Shown here: positions 1 to 10,142 of the stretch, piece after piece
How positions within the stretch are numbered: the stretch's first letter is position 1
Layout: each line of letters starts with the position of its first letter
Assembly: GCA_963753185.1 (NCBI GenBank)
Contig: CAVWBO010000007.1
Location: 1,360,312 to 1,424,311 of the forward strand
Direction of reading: 5' to 3'
From: an uncultured Acidimicrobiia bacterium
Lineage (GTDB): Bacteria > Actinomycetota > Acidimicrobiia > Spongiisociales > UBA5794
Length of the DNA stretch: 64,000 nucleotides
Translations under genes and position numbers: made by a program
Notes under the pieces: model-generated
What the model saw: only the letters and a program-made list of their open reading frames with translations
Databases searched by the model: none
What the model was told of the DNA's origin: nothing

Positions 1-945
1 CCGGCGACGATTCCCGGTTACGAGATCGACGGCTCACGGATCGTCACCTCTGACGACGCCCTCGACTGGGAACAGCAACCCGCGAGCGTGGCGATCATCG
101 GAGGCGGCGTCATCGGTTGCGAATTCGCCTCGTTCCTCGGCGAGGTCGGGACGAAGGTCCACCTGTTCGAGATGGAGGATCAGCTGGTACCTGGGATGGA
201 GCCGGAGGCGGCGAAGGTCCTCCAACGCGCATTCCGAAAGCGATCGATCGATGTGCACCTCGGAGTCCGCGTGGGTCCCGCGACGGTCGGGGATGCCTCG
301 GTGACGGTTCCGTTCGGCGATGACTCGGTCGACGTCGACGTGGTGCTGATGGCAGTGGGTCGTGCCCCCGTGACGAAGGACGTCGGTCTCGACAGCGTCG
401 GAATCACCACGGACCGCGGATTCATCCCCGTCGACGCCGCGACCATGGCGACGAGTGCTCCCAGCATCTACGCCGTCGGGGACATCGTTGCGGGCACGCC
501 CCAGCTCGCACATGTGGGCTTCGCCGAGGGGATCGCCGCCGTGACGCACATTGCGACGGGCGAGCACGCATCCGTCGACTACAACGCGATTCCGATGGTC
601 GTCTACACCCATCCCGAGATCGGATGGGTGGGAAGGACCGAAGCCGTCGCCGTGGCAGACGGCATGGATGTCCGAGCGGTCGAGCACGGAATGCGCGGAA
701 ACGGCAGGGCCATCATCCAGGGCACCGTCGACGGCACGGTGAAGGTGGTGTCACAGGTCGACGGGCCGATCGTGGGTGCCACGGTCGTTGGCGACGGCGC
801 AGGGGAGATGGTCCACGAATTGATGTACGCGGTCGGCTGGGAGGCGCTTCCTTCCGAGGCTGCAGCATTCATCCACGCTCACCCAACGATCTCCGAGGCA
901 GTGGGTGAGACGTTCCTCGCTGCGGCGGGGCGGCCACTCCATTGA
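1..945 (+). CDS. lpdA: dihydrolipoamide dehydrogenase (E3), 5'-truncated by window edge
   Basis: Open from base 1 (PATIPGYEIDGSRIVTSDDAL). NAD-binding GGGVIGCE, IYAVGD and C-terminal HPTISE His-Glu motif. Directly upstream of E2. Confidence 0.93.
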   Translation, partial: PATIPGYEIDGSRIVTSDDALDWEQQPASVAIIGGGVIGCEFASFLGEVGTKVHLFEMEDQLVPGMEPEAAKVLQRAFRKRSIDVHLGVRVGPATVGDASVTVPFGDDSVDVDVVLMAVGRAPVTKDVGLDSVGITTDRGFIPVDAATMATSAPSIYAVGDIVAGTPQLAHVGFAEGIAAVTHIATGEHASVDYNAIPMVVYTHPEIGWVGRTEAVAVADGMDVRAVEHGMRGNGRAIIQGTVDGTVKVVSQVDGPIVGATVVGDGAGEMVHELMYAVGWEALPSEAAAFIHAHPTISEAVGETFLAAAGRPLH

Positions 946-995
946 AGGACGATGACGTTTCCCCAACCGCACCGCGTGCAAGGAGCTGAAGGCAA

Positions 996-2384
996 ATGCC
1001 GGTAACGATTTCGATGCCCCAACTCGGCGAGACCGTCACCGAGGGAACGATCCTCGAATGGGTCAAGCAGGTCGGAGATCACGTTGCAGAAGACGAGGTC
1101 ATCGTCGAGATCTCGACGGACAAGGTCGACACGGAGGTTCCCTCGCCCGCGTCAGGCATCCTGACGGAGATCCTCGTTGCCGCAGGTGAGACCGTTGCCG
1201 TGGGCACCGCACTCGCCGTCCTCGGCGACGCCGATGATGCCCCCTCAGGGGACGAGCCGGGTTCCGTCGACGAGGCCTCGGCCAGTGCGCCGACCGTAGA
1301 CGAGCCAGGAGAGGGATCAGTCGTCGAGGTCGCCGTCACCGAAGTGAGGACCGAATCGACCCGACAGGACACCTCGACGCAGGCGGTGCCCGTGCCCACG
1401 GATCGGCCCGCCGCCAGCGAGGACGCCCCGCGCAGGAGTGTCCTGTCACCCGTGGTGCGCAAGCTCGCGTCCGAACACGGCATCGACCTCGAAAGGGTCA
1501 GGGGCACCGGTGACGGTGGCCGTATCACCAGGAAGGACGTTGAGGCCTTCGCGGCAGGCGCGACAACCGCCGGTTCGCCGACCGCAGCCGACCAGTCCCC
1601 CTCCCGGGCTACTTCCGCTCCCGAGGCTGCCAGGGTGCCCCATGCTGCCGTTTCCGGGGGTCAGGCGTCCGAGGTCAGGGAGATCCCCAGGATGCGGCAG
1701 CGAATCGCCGCGAACCTCCGAAATGCGAAGGACACGGCGGCACACGTCTGGACGAGCGTCGAGGTCGACTTCGAGAACGTCGAGCGGGTTCGCCAGCGTC
1801 ACGGCTCGGGGTTCAAGGCAGCCGAGGGGTACTCGCTGACGTACCTCCCGTTCATCGCACGGGCGACCATGGATGCCCTGTCGGCATTCCCCGTCGTGAA
1901 CTCCCGATTCGAGCTCGACGCGGGAACCTGGACGTTCAACCGCTCCGTGAACCTCGGCATCGCGGTCGACCTCAACCAGGATGGGCTCGTCGTCGTGAAC
2001 ATCAGGGACGCCGACGCCATGACGCTCAAGGGCCTTGCACGATCGATCCGTGCCATGGCCGTCGCGGCGAGGGACGGCAACGTCGTCCCGGATGATCTCG
2101 CAGGCTTCTCCTTCTCGATCACGAACCCTGGTCCCTTCGGCTCGTTCATGTCGGCCCCGATCATCCCCGTTCCGAACGCCGCGATCCTGAGCACCGACAC
2201 CGTGACCAAGAAGCCGGTCGTGGTCGAGCTCCCCGATGGATCAGATGCGATTGCGATCAGGCACATCGGGTACCTCGGCCTGAGTTGGGATCATCGTGTG
2301 TTCGACGGATCGACCGCTGTCCTGTTCCTCGACCGAATCAAGAAGAATCTCCAGGAATGGGACTGGGAACAAGAGCTGTCGTGA
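996..2384 (+). CDS. 2-oxoacid dehydrogenase E2 dihydrolipoamide acyltransferase (SucB/DlaT-like)
   Basis: Lipoyl domain (EISTDKVDTEVPSP), E3-binding domain (LSPVVRKLA...GTGDGGRITRKDV), catalytic DHRVFDG. Confidence 0.93.
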   Translation: MPVTISMPQLGETVTEGTILEWVKQVGDHVAEDEVIVEISTDKVDTEVPSPASGILTEILVAAGETVAVGTALAVLGDADDAPSGDEPGSVDEASASAPTVDEPGEGSVVEVAVTEVRTESTRQDTSTQAVPVPTDRPAASEDAPRRSVLSPVVRKLASEHGIDLERVRGTGDGGRITRKDVEAFAAGATTAGSPTAADQSPSRATSAPEAARVPHAAVSGGQASEVREIPRMRQRIAANLRNAKDTAAHVWTSVEVDFENVERVRQRHGSGFKAAEGYSLTYLPFIARATMDALSAFPVVNSRFELDAGTWTFNRSVNLGIAVDLNQDGLVVVNIRDADAMTLKGLARSIRAMAVAARDGNVVPDDLAGFSFSITNPGPFGSFMSAPIIPVPNAAILSTDTVTKKPVVVELPDGSDAIAIRHIGYLGLSWDHRVFDGSTAVLFLDRIKKNLQEWDWEQELS

Positions 2385-4039
2385 CGTTTGCGACGGATCC
2401 CACATTGCGCGTCCGTTGGCTCGGTCGCGTCGAGTACGAGGAGGCGTGGGATCTCCAGCGGGCGATCTGGGAGGGGAAGACGACGGGTCGCTCAGGCGAC
2501 GACTACGTGCTGCTCCTCGAACACCCCCACACCTACACGATCGGACGGAATGGCAACGCGTCGAACCTGACCATCCCGAGGGAGGCACTCGCAGGTCTCG
2601 GAGCGTCCCTCCACGATGTCGACCGCGGTGGCGACATCACGTACCACGGCCCGGGTCAGCTCGTCGGGTATCCGATCGTCGACGTTCCGCGCCTCTCCGG
2701 AGGCTTCGATGCGGTCGGGCATGTTCGCAGGATCGAGGCCGCCCTCATCGACACCTGCGCGGATTTCGGTGTCGACGCGTGGTCAGAGGACGGGTACACG
2801 GGCGTCTGGACCGAGCGGGGAAAGGTCGCTGCCATCGGCGTGCGCGTGTCCAGAGGGGTGTCGATGCACGGATTCGCCGTCAACGTGGATCCCGATGTCT
2901 CCTACTTCGGGCACATCGTGCCATGTGGGATAGCCGACCGACCCGTCACGTCGCTCAGCGAGCTCACGGGCAGGCGGATCTCCATCGAGGAGGTCGTCTC
3001 CGCGATCGTGCCGCGCCTGACAGGACTTTCCAACCGCAAGGACGTCGAGACCCAGCTCGGAGCCTTCTCGAGGGGCGCGGGCTCGAGGGCGTTCGAGATC
3101 GACAGGCTCGTCGATGCCGGCGTCTTCACGCCACAGGGTCGAGGCGTCGTGCCGCTGATGATCCGCGGGGTCATCGAAGGAGAGCCGGAGAAGCCCTCCT
3201 GGATGAAGGTGAAGGTGGACCTCACCGATGCCAGGTTCAAGGAGCTCAAGGCACTCAACAGCGAGCTCGCGCTCAACACGGTGTGTGAGGAAGCGGGCTG
3301 CCCCAACATCTACGAGTGCTGGTCGAGCGGAACGTCGACCCTCATGCTCCTCGGAAGCGTCTGCACGCGCGCATGCTCATTCTGCAACGTCGATACCGGT
3401 CGGCCAGGAGAGGTCGATTGGGACGAACCGGCCCGCGCTGCGGACGCGATCGCGGCGATGGGCCTCGCCCACGCCGTGCTCACCTCCGTGAACCGCGACG
3501 ACCTGCCAGACGGAGGCGCAACCGTCTTCCACCGAACCATCAACGCGATCCGCGACCGGATCCCCTCCTGCGATGTCGAGGTCCTCATCCCCGACTTCAA
3601 GGGCGACCGGGAAGCCCTCGACATCGTGATGTCGGCGAAACCCGACGTCCTCAACCACAACACCGAGACCGTGCTGAGGCTCCAGCGCGAGGTCAGGACG
3701 GCCGCGAACTATGCCCGATCGCTCGCACTCCTCGCACGGGCGAAGTGGGCACTGCCGTCCGTCGCCGTGAAGTCGGGCCTCATCGTCGGCATGGGGGAGA
3801 CGGACGACGAGATCGTCGGAGCCCTCGCCGATCTCAACGCGGTAGGGGTCGACGTCGTGACCATCGGCCAGTACCTGAGACCGACGGCGCGCCACAGGCT
3901 GGTCTCGCGGTACGTCGAGCCCTCGGTCTTCGAGGCGTACAAGCAGACCGGGGAGGCATTCGGGATCCCCCATGTCGAGTCAGGGCCCCTCGTACGCAGT
4001 TCCTATCACGCCAGGGAAGCCCTCGAGGCAGCGGTATGA
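2381..4039 (+). CDS. lipA: fused octanoyltransferase LipB (N-terminal) - lipoyl synthase LipA (C-terminal)
   Basis: LipB motifs LLLEHPHTYTIGR, DRGGDITYHGPGQLVGYP, KVAAIG, HGFAVN. LipA motifs CEEAGCPNIYEC, CTRACSFC, RSSYH. One uninterrupted frame. GTG start overlaps the E2 stop (GTGA). Confidence 0.93.
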   Translation: MTFATDPTLRVRWLGRVEYEEAWDLQRAIWEGKTTGRSGDDYVLLLEHPHTYTIGRNGNASNLTIPREALAGLGASLHDVDRGGDITYHGPGQLVGYPIVDVPRLSGGFDAVGHVRRIEAALIDTCADFGVDAWSEDGYTGVWTERGKVAAIGVRVSRGVSMHGFAVNVDPDVSYFGHIVPCGIADRPVTSLSELTGRRISIEEVVSAIVPRLTGLSNRKDVETQLGAFSRGAGSRAFEIDRLVDAGVFTPQGRGVVPLMIRGVIEGEPEKPSWMKVKVDLTDARFKELKALNSELALNTVCEEAGCPNIYECWSSGTSTLMLLGSVCTRACSFCNVDTGRPGEVDWDEPARAADAIAAMGLAHAVLTSVNRDDLPDGGATVFHRTINAIRDRIPSCDVEVLIPDFKGDREALDIVMSAKPDVLNHNTETVLRLQREVRTAANYARSLALLARAKWALPSVAVKSGLIVGMGETDDEIVGALADLNAVGVDVVTIGQYLRPTARHRLVSRYVEPSVFEAYKQTGEAFGIPHVESGPLVRSSYHAREALEAAV

Positions 4040-5124
4040 GCGACCTTGCTTGGCGGCTCGACCGTGCTCGGGCGGCCATGGACGCCGGCGGGATCGATGC
4101 GCTGTGCCTCTCCGTCGGGTCCGACCTCCCGTATCTCACGGGATACCGCGCGATGCCCCTCGAGAGGCTCACCATGTTCGTCGCCGTCGGCGCTGGCCGT
4201 CCCGTGCTGGTGGTCCCCGAGCTCGAGGCACCTCGTGTCGACACGGCTCCCGATACCTTCGATGTACACCCGTGGTCCGAGGGGGAGGATCCGATCGCCA
4301 TCGTGGATCGGATCCTCGGGAGGGCACGTCGGGTCGCGATCGGCGACGAGACGTGGACCAGGTTCTCGCTCGCACTCCAGAACGTCGGTGAGGGGCGGGC
4401 GTGGGTCCCTGCCGGTGACCTCATGGCTCGGCTGAGGGTCATAAAGTCGATCGACGAGATCGCAGCCTTGAGGGTTGCCGCACGCTCGGTCGATGGTGTC
4501 GTCGACGCAATGGCGACCGTTGGGTGGTCAGGGCGCACGGAACGGGACCTGTCGAGGGAGTTCACCGATCGCACGATCTCGGCCGGACACGAATCGGTCG
4601 ACTTCGCGATCATCGCATCCGGTCCGAACGGTGCATCGCCCCACCACGAACCGGGTGGCCGCACGATCCGCCATGGGGACGTCGTCGTCGCCGACTTCGG
4701 CGGGCACCAGGACGGTTACTCGTCCGATACGACGCGGATGTTCGTCGTCGGTGAACCGCCGGACGGGTTCGACCCGGTGTTCGACGTCGTGCGCAACGCC
4801 CAGGAATCCGCCGTTGCGGCTGTTCGGCCCGGCGTCGCCGCCTCCTCCATCGACGCGACCGCACGGGGGATCATCGAGGACGCGGGATACGGGGACAGGT
4901 TCATCCACCGGACCGGCCACGGCATCGGACTCGACGTCCACGAGCACCCCTATGTCATCGAGGGCAACGACCAGGTGCTCGAGCCCGGCATGGCGTTCTC
5001 GATCGAGCCGGGTATCTACCTCCCGGGAAGGTGGGGGATCCGGATCGAGGACATCGTGGTGGTCACGGACACGGGCGTCGAGCCGCTCAACCGGTCCGAC
5101 CACGCCTACCGCCTCGTGTCGTGA
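4036..5124 (+). CDS. Xaa-Pro dipeptidase / M24 family aminopeptidase
   Basis: DFGG..DGYSSDTTR, HRTGHGIGLDVHE, FSIEPGIY, GIRIED. ATGA overlap with the lipA stop. Confidence 0.92.
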   Translation: MSDLAWRLDRARAAMDAGGIDALCLSVGSDLPYLTGYRAMPLERLTMFVAVGAGRPVLVVPELEAPRVDTAPDTFDVHPWSEGEDPIAIVDRILGRARRVAIGDETWTRFSLALQNVGEGRAWVPAGDLMARLRVIKSIDEIAALRVAARSVDGVVDAMATVGWSGRTERDLSREFTDRTISAGHESVDFAIIASGPNGASPHHEPGGRTIRHGDVVVADFGGHQDGYSSDTTRMFVVGEPPDGFDPVFDVVRNAQESAVAAVRPGVAASSIDATARGIIEDAGYGDRFIHRTGHGIGLDVHEHPYVIEGNDQVLEPGMAFSIEPGIYLPGRWGIRIEDIVVVTDTGVEPLNRSDHAYRLVS

Positions 5125-5175
5125 CGTCGCCCGGCACGGGTTGCGAGCGCATCGGACTCGGGTAGCGTGCGCACC

Positions 5176-5829
5176 ATGGATGTGACGATCACCAAACTCG
5201 TCCACTCGTGTGTACTCATCGAGGCTGCAGGTCGCAAGACGCTCGTGGATCCCGGCTCCTTCACATGGAACGACGACCGTTTCGACCTCTCGGCCGTCGA
5301 GGGCATCGACAGCATCCTCATCACGCACGAGCACGCCGACCACGTCAACATCGATTTCGTCAGGGGTGCGCTCGAGCGCTCGAACGGTGCCACCATCGAA
5401 ACGACGGCATCGCTCGCCGCGATCCTCGGGGAGCACGGAATCCGAGCGACGTCCGATGGATCCTCGCGGTTCGTGGCGCCCCATGAACGGATCCCGAGCG
5501 GTCCCGGACCCGAGAACGTCGGCTTCCACATCGCCGGATCGGTCAGCCACCCCGGCGACAGCCACAGCTTCGCCGAGACGATGCCGATCCTGCTCATGCC
5601 GTTCGTTGCGCCGTGGGGTTCGCTGGTCGGTGGGGTGGACCGAACGCGTGCCGTGTCCCCGCGACTCGTGGTCCCCATCCACGACTGGTTCGCGAGTCCG
5701 GACGGGCGCGGCTTCCTGTATGGGCTTGCACGGACCGCCCTGGCAAACGACGACATCGAGCTCATCGTCGTGGACGACTTCACATCGGTGACGTTGGAGG
5801 TCGAGGGCCACGGGGCACGAACCCGCTGA
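5176..5829 (+). CDS. MBL-fold metallo-hydrolase (UlaG-like)
   Basis: HSCVLIE, LVDPG, THEHADH, HPGDS, PIHD. Confidence 0.85.
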   Translation: MDVTITKLVHSCVLIEAAGRKTLVDPGSFTWNDDRFDLSAVEGIDSILITHEHADHVNIDFVRGALERSNGATIETTASLAAILGEHGIRATSDGSSRFVAPHERIPSGPGPENVGFHIAGSVSHPGDSHSFAETMPILLMPFVAPWGSLVGGVDRTRAVSPRLVVPIHDWFASPDGRGFLYGLARTALANDDIELIVVDDFTSVTLEVEGHGARTR

Positions 5830-5857
5830 GGGTTACTCTCCCGTCCGAGGAGGTTGC

Positions 5858-7831
5858 ATGACCAGATCGATCGAGCAGCGCGCCGCGGACACCATCCGCG
5901 CCCTTTCCATGGATGCGGTCCAGAAGGCAAACTCTGGCCATCCGGGCATGCCGATGGGAATGGCGGACATCGCCGTCGTCCTGTGGTCCCGGTACCTGAC
6001 CGTCGATCCTGACGCACCGACATGGTGGGACCGCGATCGCTTCGTCCTGTCGAACGGCCACGGCTCCATGCTGCTCTACAGCCTCCTCCACCTGAGCGGG
6101 TTCCCCCTCGCCATGGACGAGATCGAGAACTTCCGCCAGTGGGGATACGAGACGGCGGGCCATCCCGAGTACCACCCAGGCATCGGCATCGAGACGACAA
6201 CCGGTCCTCTCGGCCAGGGCTTCGGGACGGCGGTCGGCATGGCGATCGCAGAGGAGCACCTGCGCTCCATCCACGGCGAGGAACTCGTCGACCATCGCAC
6301 GTTCGTCTTCTGCGGTGACGGCGACCTGATGGAGGGTGTCTCCTCGGAGGCGGCATCGCTCGCCGGTCACCTCGGCCTCGGTCGGCTCATGGTCTTCTAT
6401 GACGACAACTCGATCACGATCGACGGGTCGACCGACATCGCCTTCACGGAGGACGTCCCCGCACGGTTCGCTGCGTACGGATGGCACACGGTCACCGTCG
6501 ACGGCCACGACAGGAAGGCGATCGCATCTGGGATCGACGAGGCGTTGGCGACCACCGATCGGCCAACACTCATCTCGTGCAAGACGCACATCGGTTTCGG
6601 AGCACCGAACAAGGTCGACTCGGCATCTGCTCACGGGTCGCCGCTGGGCGACGAAGAGATCGCGCTCGCCAAGGATGCGATGGACTGGGATCTCCCCCCA
6701 TTCCGGGTGCCGGACGATGTGTATTCCTTCTTTCGCGAAGCGATGGACCGTGGCCGACGTGCACGCTCGGCGTGGGAGGACCGACGTGCGGCGGTGCGGG
6801 CTGTCGAGCCTGTGCGATCGGCGGCATTCGAGGCATGGTGGGAGCCCGCGGAGGTCGCGCTGGATCCGCCGGACACGGGGACCGCTTCCACGATGGCGAC
6901 CCGGAGCCTGTCAGAGGCCGTCATCCAGGACCTCGCATCGGCGAGACCCGACCTTGTCGGCGGTTCGGCAGACCTCGCAGGATCCAACAACACGCTCATC
7001 GCGACGTCGGGGTACTTCTCACGCGACGACAGGGCGGGAAGGAACCTCGCATTCGGCATTCGCGAGCACGCGATGGGTACGGTCGTCAACGGCATCAACC
7101 TGCACGGCGGCCTCCGGGCCTTCGGTGGGACGTTCCTGACGTTCTCGGACTACATGCGTCCAGCCGTGCGGCTCGCGGCACTCATGGGTGTGCCTTCGAT
7201 CTACGTGTGGACACATGATTCGGTGTTCCTGGGTGAGGACGGTCCGACCCATCAGGCGATCGAACACCTCCCGTCCCTGCGGGCGATCCCGAACCTCGAT
7301 GTCGTCCGCCCTGCCGATCCCGTCGAGACGGCAATGGCGTGGCAACACGCAATGAACCGCTCCTCGGGCCCGACCTGCCTCGTGCTCACCAGGCAAGGCC
7401 TCCCGATCCCCGCAGCGAGTGCCGATCCCTCGCTCGTGGCGCGGGGCGGCTACATCCGAAGGGACGGCACGGATGTCGTGCTGGTCGCTACGGGCTCGGA
7501 GGTGCCGCTCGCAGAAGCCGCAGCCGAGGTGCTCTCCGGGGACGTCTCCGTTCGCGTGGTGTCGGTGCCGTGTGTGGAGGAGTTCGAGCGCCAGGACGAG
7601 GATTACCGCATCCACGTCCTCGGTGTGGACATGCCCGTCTTCACACTGGAGGCGGCAGCGACGTTCGGATGGTGTTCGTACGCTGCGCGAGGCGGCAGCG
7701 CGATCGGCATCGACCGATTCGGTGTGTCGGCTCCCGCAGCCGTACTCGCGAAGGAGCTTGGCTTCACACCGGACGCGGTCGCCGAGGTCATCCGAGCTGG
7801 ACACTCACGACGACAGATGGGAAGCACATGA
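5858..7831 (+). CDS. tkt: transketolase
   Basis: SGHPGMPMG, RDRFVLSNGH, GDGDLMEG (ThDP), GIREHAM, GEDGPTHQ. SD GAGGAGG upstream. Confidence 0.97.
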   Translation: MTRSIEQRAADTIRALSMDAVQKANSGHPGMPMGMADIAVVLWSRYLTVDPDAPTWWDRDRFVLSNGHGSMLLYSLLHLSGFPLAMDEIENFRQWGYETAGHPEYHPGIGIETTTGPLGQGFGTAVGMAIAEEHLRSIHGEELVDHRTFVFCGDGDLMEGVSSEAASLAGHLGLGRLMVFYDDNSITIDGSTDIAFTEDVPARFAAYGWHTVTVDGHDRKAIASGIDEALATTDRPTLISCKTHIGFGAPNKVDSASAHGSPLGDEEIALAKDAMDWDLPPFRVPDDVYSFFREAMDRGRRARSAWEDRRAAVRAVEPVRSAAFEAWWEPAEVALDPPDTGTASTMATRSLSEAVIQDLASARPDLVGGSADLAGSNNTLIATSGYFSRDDRAGRNLAFGIREHAMGTVVNGINLHGGLRAFGGTFLTFSDYMRPAVRLAALMGVPSIYVWTHDSVFLGEDGPTHQAIEHLPSLRAIPNLDVVRPADPVETAMAWQHAMNRSSGPTCLVLTRQGLPIPAASADPSLVARGGYIRRDGTDVVLVATGSEVPLAEAAAEVLSGDVSVRVVSVPCVEEFERQDEDYRIHVLGVDMPVFTLEAAATFGWCSYAARGGSAIGIDRFGVSAPAAVLAKELGFTPDAVAEVIRAGHSRRQMGST

Positions 7832-9252
7832 TCGAGATCCTCTGCGGGGAACCTGCCGACGCCGGCTTGCTGGTGGTACCCGTGCTCACGAACCGGACCC
7901 TGGCGACGGGGTCCGCACTCGCCCCGAACCTCGACGAGCTCTCAGCGGCACTCGACGCCAAGGAGTTCACCGGCGAGTTCGGACAGGTGGCGTTCGTCGC
8001 CAACCCTGACCCGACCGTGGCAGAGGTGCTCCTCGTGGGTCTCGGTGACGAGATCGACAGCGAACGGCTTCGGCGCGCGGCGGGGTCCGTGGCACGGGCC
8101 GTACGCGGGTATCGGACCGTGGCGACGCTGCTTCACGACGTCGGCATCGACGGGGCAGATGAGGCGGTCGCGCTCGGGACGCAGCTTGGTGCCTATGCAT
8201 TCGAGGAGTACCGATCCGCGTCCAAACAGCGAGCGTTCCAGGAGCTGATCCTCGTGGGTGGCAATGCAACGGATCAGGCCGTCGAACGGGCGAACACGAT
8301 CTCTCGCGGCGTCACGCTCGCCCGAGACCTCGTGAACCGCCCGGCATTGGACAAGCCTCCCGCTGCCATCGCCGACATCGCATCCGGTCTGCACCGCGAT
8401 ATCTCGGTCACCGTCTATGACGAGCGCCAGATCGTCGAGAAGGGCTTCGGCGGCCTCGTGGCCGTGAACCTCGGATCGGACCGTCCTGCCCGGATGGTCG
8501 TCATGGAGTATCGGCCACCTGGCGCATCCAGGACGGTGGCCTTCGTCGGCAAGGGAATCGTGTTCGATTCAGGCGGACTGTCGATCAAGCCGGTGGAGGC
8601 GATGGAGACGATGAAGACGGACATGGCGGGAGCCGCCGCCGTCATGGGGGCCATCCAGGCCATTGCTGAACTCGGGACGCCCGTCAACGTCATCGGCATC
8701 ACCCCCCTCACGGAGAACCTGACAGGAGGGTCTGCACAGCGCCCAGGCGACGTGATGCGCGCCTACAACGGCAAGACGATCGAGGTGCTCAACACCGATG
8801 CCGAGGGCCGCCTCGTCCTCGCGGACGCGCTCGCGCTGGCGTGTGAGTTCACACCGGACCTGATCGTGGACATCGCCACCCTGACAGGAGCGTGCAAGGT
8901 GGCGCTCGGCACCGGCATCGGTGGCCTGTTCTCGCCAGACGACGAGGCTGCGGGCATCGTCGAATCTGCTGCCCGTGGCACCGGAGAGAAGTTCTGGCGC
9001 CTCCCGATGGATCCCGACTACCGGACCCTCGTCGACTCCGACATCGCCGACATGAAGAACACCGGGGGGAGGTGGGGAGGCGCCATCACGGCTTCGCTGA
9101 TCCTCGCAGAGTTCGTCGACGACGTTCCGTGGGTGCACCTCGACGTGGCCGGACCCGCCAGGGCCGAGTCGACGGAGCACTATGTGGTCAAGGGCGGTTC
9201 CGGATTCGGGACCAGGACCCTCGTCGCCGTCGCCGAGGCGCTCGCCGACTGA
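7828..9252 (+). CDS. pepA: leucyl aminopeptidase (M17)
   Basis: GKGIVFDSGG, MKTDMAGAA, NTDAEGRL, DIATLTGA. ATGA overlap with tkt. Confidence 0.95.
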   Translation: MIEILCGEPADAGLLVVPVLTNRTLATGSALAPNLDELSAALDAKEFTGEFGQVAFVANPDPTVAEVLLVGLGDEIDSERLRRAAGSVARAVRGYRTVATLLHDVGIDGADEAVALGTQLGAYAFEEYRSASKQRAFQELILVGGNATDQAVERANTISRGVTLARDLVNRPALDKPPAAIADIASGLHRDISVTVYDERQIVEKGFGGLVAVNLGSDRPARMVVMEYRPPGASRTVAFVGKGIVFDSGGLSIKPVEAMETMKTDMAGAAAVMGAIQAIAELGTPVNVIGITPLTENLTGGSAQRPGDVMRAYNGKTIEVLNTDAEGRLVLADALALACEFTPDLIVDIATLTGACKVALGTGIGGLFSPDDEAAGIVESAARGTGEKFWRLPMDPDYRTLVDSDIADMKNTGGRWGGAITASLILAEFVDDVPWVHLDVAGPARAESTEHYVVKGGSGFGTRTLVAVAEALAD

Positions 9253-9342
9253 TCGGGCGCCTGCCGATCGTTCGACCGCCCAGGACACGCCTCGAACAAA
9301 GCCAACAGGTGTCGCTGGACGCACCCGTAGCGGACGCATCCC

Positions 9343-9370
9343 TCAACCACACGCGTCGCCCTACCGATAC
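9343..9370 (+). promoter_or_regulatory. candidate sigma28/WhiG-family promoter (TCAA-N16-ACCGATAC)
   Basis: Same spacing as the motifs at 41201-41226 and 57013-57038. Lies upstream of the CAP gene. Confidence 0.45.
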
Positions 9371-9411
9371 GGAGAGAAGTGGATTGACCACACTCCGTGG
9401 GAGGTACTGGG

Positions 9412-10107
9412 ATGCGAACGTCAAGCAGGGTTCTGGTGCTGTGTGCGGCTGTCGCCGTCATGGTCGCCGCTTTCGCCGTTCCCGCCCTCGCTGGCCCCGA
9501 AGGAACGCTCCTCTCGCGCATCAACTCTTCGCGGGCCAACGCCGGCAAGGCCCCCGTCGAGGTCTATTGGGATCTCGCGGACGATGCCAGGAATCACGCC
9601 GCCAACATGATGTCGGCGGGATCGATCTACCACAATCCCGGCCTCAGTGGCGTAACGGGCGTCTGGCAGGCGCTCGGTGAGAACGTCGGAGTCGGTACAG
9701 ACGCGAACTCCCTCCACGACGCCTTCATGAGCTCATCATCACATCGCGGGAACATCCTCGGGGACTACAACTACGTGGGGATCGGATCCAGCACGGGACC
9801 AGACGGCGTCCTGTGGGTTGCCGTGATCTTCATGAGGGCGGAGCCGGGTCTCAACGGCGGCAGCGAGACGACGACGACGACGCAGGCCCCCGCTCCGACG
9901 ACGACCATCCCCGAGGAACCAGCCACGACGACGACGGAGGCCGTTCCCCAACCCGAACCCGTTGCTCAGGCGCCCCTGACGGCGTTGGCGACATCCGCAT
10001 CGGCGTCGCCGGACACCAGGGTCCTGGCCTCGACGTCACGGCCACCCGAATTCACGCCCGTGCAGGGATGGGCCCGTCCTCAGGGCCTCCCGGCGTTCGC
10101 CATCTGA
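9412..10107 (+). CDS. secreted CAP (SCP/PR-1) domain protein with Thr/Pro-rich tail
   Basis: Signal peptide ending ALA. HAANM, GENVG, FMSSSSHRGNIL, YVGIG. Tail ETTTTTQAPAPTTTIP. Confidence 0.88.
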   Translation: MRTSSRVLVLCAAVAVMVAAFAVPALAGPEGTLLSRINSSRANAGKAPVEVYWDLADDARNHAANMMSAGSIYHNPGLSGVTGVWQALGENVGVGTDANSLHDAFMSSSSHRGNILGDYNYVGIGSSTGPDGVLWVAVIFMRAEPGLNGGSETTTTTQAPAPTTTIPEEPATTTTEAVPQPEPVAQAPLTALATSASASPDTRVLASTSRPPEFTPVQGWARPQGLPAFAI

Positions 10108-10142
10108 CAGCCGATACGGCTGGACAGGCCCCTACGCAGCGA

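Noticed and set aside
9868-9936. ACG trinucleotide repeats as a microsatellite or CRISPR-like array
   Set aside because: They are in-frame Thr codons of a linker. No spacer-repeat array or cas gene occurs in the window.
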